DNA of 62,710 bases from Thermoanaerobaculum sp. (GTDB lineage Bacteria > Acidobacteriota > Thermoanaerobaculia > Thermoanaerobaculales > Thermoanaerobaculaceae). Below the pieces are notes generated by a model, which made no database searches, was not told where the DNA came from, and saw only the letters and a program-made list of their open reading frames with translations. The stretch spans positions 1-62,710 of the forward strand of contig JBAMMG010000010.1 of the NCBI GenBank assembly GCA_039793905.1, in the 5' to 3' direction. Made by a program: the position numbers and the translations under genes. Shown in pieces: positions 60,668-62,710 of the stretch (the first letter of the stretch is position 1; each line of letters starts with the position of its first letter).

Positions 60668-60958
60668 CTAGACGAGCCCTCCCGGCAGGCCCATGGCCGC
60701 CAAGAGGCCTCTGGCCTTGGCGTCCACCTCCCGCGCCGCCTCTTCCCACGCCACCTTCACCATTTCTCCCAAAAGCTCGGGGTCAGCTTGGGAAAAGACT
60801 TCCGGGTCGAAGGTCACGGTTTTGAGCTCCTTGAGACCGTTGAGCCGCACCACCACCAGGCCACCCCCGGCCCGGCCCTCCACCTCCAAGCGTGCCAGCT
60901 GCTCCTGGAGGGACTGCTGCGCCTTTTGCGCGTGCTTGAGGAGCTCCTGGATCTTCAC
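60668..60958 (-). CDS. ybaB: YbaB/EbfC nucleoid-associated protein
   Basis: AQKAQ..L, EGRAGGGLV.V.LNG; located between dnaX and recR. Confidence 0.92.
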   Translation of the reverse strand: MKIQELLKHAQKAQQSLQEQLARLEVEGRAGGGLVVVRLNGLKELKTVTFDPEVFSQADPELLGEMVKVAWEEAAREVDAKARGLLAAMGLPGGLV

Positions 60959-62466
60959 GTTATTTCCTCCACCTTGGTGAGCTTGCCGCCAAAAAGCCTA
61001 ACGGCCGCCTGCACCCTCGGATCGGCGGCGACCCTTTCCTCGAGGGTGGGCTCCGGTTGGGCCGCCGTAACCCGGACCCGGGTGGCGGTTCCCAGCTCCC
61101 GAGCCAGGGCTTCCAAGCGGGGAAGGGCGTCCTGCACCGCCGCCGTCGCGGCGCTGGAAGCCCCCGCCCGCAGGCGGATCACAAGCTCGCCACCAGCCAC
61201 CTCCAGCTCGCCGTTGCAGCGCAACCGCGCCGCCAGCGTTGGGCTCAGCTCGTGGCTGACCCTCTCCAAAAAAGCCTCCACGGCGGGTGCTACCGAACCC
61301 ACGGTGGCGACAGGCGCCGAAGGGGCAACCCCCTGCGGCTTGCCGCTTCCAGCCAAAAGCTCCTCCACCCGCGCCAGGCGCGGCCAAAGGGCCAACTTGC
61401 CCACCGCCACCATGACCCCTAGGCCCGGGGAGGGGGCGGAAGCCACCAACTCGCGGCCGGAAACGGCTAGCGCCAAAATGCGCAAGAGGTTGGGAAGCCC
61501 TACCCGGCTGGCGCTGGCCACGAGGCTTTCGCGGGCGCTTGCCGGGTACGGCAGGGATACCTCCGGGTTGGAGGCTGCAAGCACCAAGTTACGCAGGAGC
61601 TCCAAAAGCTCTTGGTACAGGAGAAGCGGGTCGCCTCCCTGCCGCTCCCTGTCCGCGAGAACCTCCAAAGCCTCGGCCACGTTGCCGGAAGCCAAGGCCT
61701 GCCAAAGCTCGAGGAGCACTTCCAGAGGCGGCAGCCCCAAAACCTCGCTTACCGCCGCCGCGTCCACCGTCCCTTCGCCCACGAAGGAGCGAACCTGGTC
61801 CAAGATCGAAAGCCCGTCCCGCAGGCTCCCCTGGGCGGCGCGAGCGATGAGGTGGGCCGCGCCTTCCTCCAAGGAGAACCCTTCCCGAGACGCCACCGCA
61901 AGCAAACGCTGGGAAATGGTTTCCGCCGGCAGGGGCCGGAAATCCAATTGCTGGCAGCGGGAAAGGATCGTGGGCGGAAACTTGTGCTTTTCCGTGGAAG
62001 CAAGGATGAACACCACGTGTTCGGGGGGCTCTTCGAGGATCTTGAGGAGGGCGTTGAAAGCTTCGCCCGTGAGCTGGTGGGCCTCGTCCAGAATGAAAAC
62101 CCGGTAGCGATCCCGCACCGGCAGGATGCGCGCCACTTCCCGCAGCTCCCGGACGTTGTCGATCCCGCGGTTGGAGGCAGCGTCAATTTCCAAAACGTCC
62201 ATGGAGGTGCCCGCGGCAATTTCCCGGCACGGCACGCACTCGCCGCACGGATCGGGGGTCGGCCCGCGCTCGCAGTTCAACGCCTTGGCCAAGAGGCGGG
62301 CGGCCGTTGTCTTACCGACCCCCCGCAGCCCCGAAAACACGTAGGCGTGGGGAACCTTCCCCGTAGTTATGGCGTTGCGCAAGGTGCGGACGACCGTTTC
62401 CTGACCCACCAGATCGTCAAAGGTTTGGGGGCGGTAACGGCGCGCCAGGACCTGGTAGGCGCTCAC
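60955..62466 (-). CDS. dnaX: DNA polymerase III subunit gamma/tau
   Basis: LARRYRPQTF, GLRGVGKTT, EIDAASN, DEAH and SRC. Start is GTG 62466 or TTG 62472. Confidence 0.96.
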   Translation of the reverse strand: MSAYQVLARRYRPQTFDDLVGQETVVRTLRNAITTGKVPHAYVFSGLRGVGKTTAARLLAKALNCERGPTPDPCGECVPCREIAAGTSMDVLEIDAASNRGIDNVRELREVARILPVRDRYRVFILDEAHQLTGEAFNALLKILEEPPEHVVFILASTEKHKFPPTILSRCQQLDFRPLPAETISQRLLAVASREGFSLEEGAAHLIARAAQGSLRDGLSILDQVRSFVGEGTVDAAAVSEVLGLPPLEVLLELWQALASGNVAEALEVLADRERQGGDPLLLYQELLELLRNLVLAASNPEVSLPYPASARESLVASASRVGLPNLLRILALAVSGRELVASAPSPGLGVMVAVGKLALWPRLARVEELLAGSGKPQGVAPSAPVATVGSVAPAVEAFLERVSHELSPTLAARLRCNGELEVAGGELVIRLRAGASSAATAAVQDALPRLEALARELGTATRVRVTAAQPEPTLEERVAADPRVQAAVRLFGGKLTKVEEIT

Positions 62467-62497
62467 CTGCAAACCCTCGGCCGATGAAACGCGGAAA

Positions 62498-62607
62498 GGG
62501 AGGAACCCGGGGGGACCGCGGCGCCCGGTGACCTTCCCTTATCGCTGCTCCCTTCCGGGCCTGACGAGGTTCGGGAAACACCGCCGCGCGGGGCCCGAGT
62601 TCCTCCC
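62498..62607 (-). ncRNA. ffs: Signal recognition particle RNA, S domain
   Basis: Helix-8 motif TCAGGCCCGGAAGGGAGCAGC inside a long hairpin closed by GGGAGGAACTCGGG / CCCGGGTTCCTCCC; typical position upstream of dnaX. Confidence 0.93.
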
Positions 62608-62610
62608 TGC

Positions 62611-62710
62611 CCGCGCACCTCCACATCGCTACCCTTCGTGTGACGCCAAGGATCCACCGAGGCACAAACCAACACCCTGCAGCCCGCGTCGCGCCCCCCA
62701 CCCCAACCAC
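62611..62710 (-). ncRNA. Putative 3' part of an Alu-type SRP RNA domain lying upstream of the S domain (cut by the window edge)
   Basis: AGGGTAGCGA-TGTGG-AGGTGCGCGG resembles the 3' terminus of Bacillus-type large SRP RNA (recalled as AGGGUAGCGA...AGGUGCACGG). Confidence 0.5.

Noticed and set aside
61267-61273. In-frame T TTT TTG heptamer in dnaX as a possible gamma/tau frameshift site
   Set aside because: The -1 frame stays open for about 90 codons rather than stopping, no clear stimulatory hairpin is seen, and T runs are common throughout this window.
1-62710. CRISPR arrays, IS elements, tandem DNA repeats and defence systems
   Set aside because: None seen; intergenic spaces are short and all long genes have housekeeping assignments.

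Overview
A GC-rich (roughly 65% by eye), densely coding core-genome segment of a diderm bacterium. Gene content and order suggest an Acidobacteriota member such as Thermoanaerobaculum (inference, not a database result). Contents in order: GT2 plus a GT-C-like membrane protein, mqnC/mqnA, rho, the tig-clpP-clpX-lon-engB operon with tRNA-Leu and tRNA-Lys, LPS glycosyltransferases, ymdB, a Rieske/cytochrome b/nine-heme cytochrome c operon, a polyferredoxin, a DAACS transporter, rsgA, an HtrA protease, a Tat amidase, a PlsB-like acyltransferase, clpB, an OPT transporter, a lytic transglycosylase, rpsU-mutS2-dnaG-rpoD-tRNA(CAT), DUF164-rnhA-yggS-divIVA-hutI, an antiporter, an MpgP-like phosphatase, ClC, MscS, uvrD/pcrA, yvcK-glmU-glmS, mglB-mglA, recR-ybaB-dnaX and SRP RNA. 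No mobile element or CRISPR array was seen. Most notable observations: (1) a GAF-domain protein ending in a RomX-like domain in the same window as mglBA, a candidate sensory GEF for a myxobacterial-type polarity GTPase; (2) an SRP RNA locus where the 3' signature of large Alu-type SRP RNAs lies upstream of the S domain, suggesting a rearranged architecture; (3) a GlmU lacking the acetyltransferase end; (4) an internally deleted GpgS-like remnant; (5) several leaderless genes. Family assignments come from motif recognition and recalled sequences; no searches were run.
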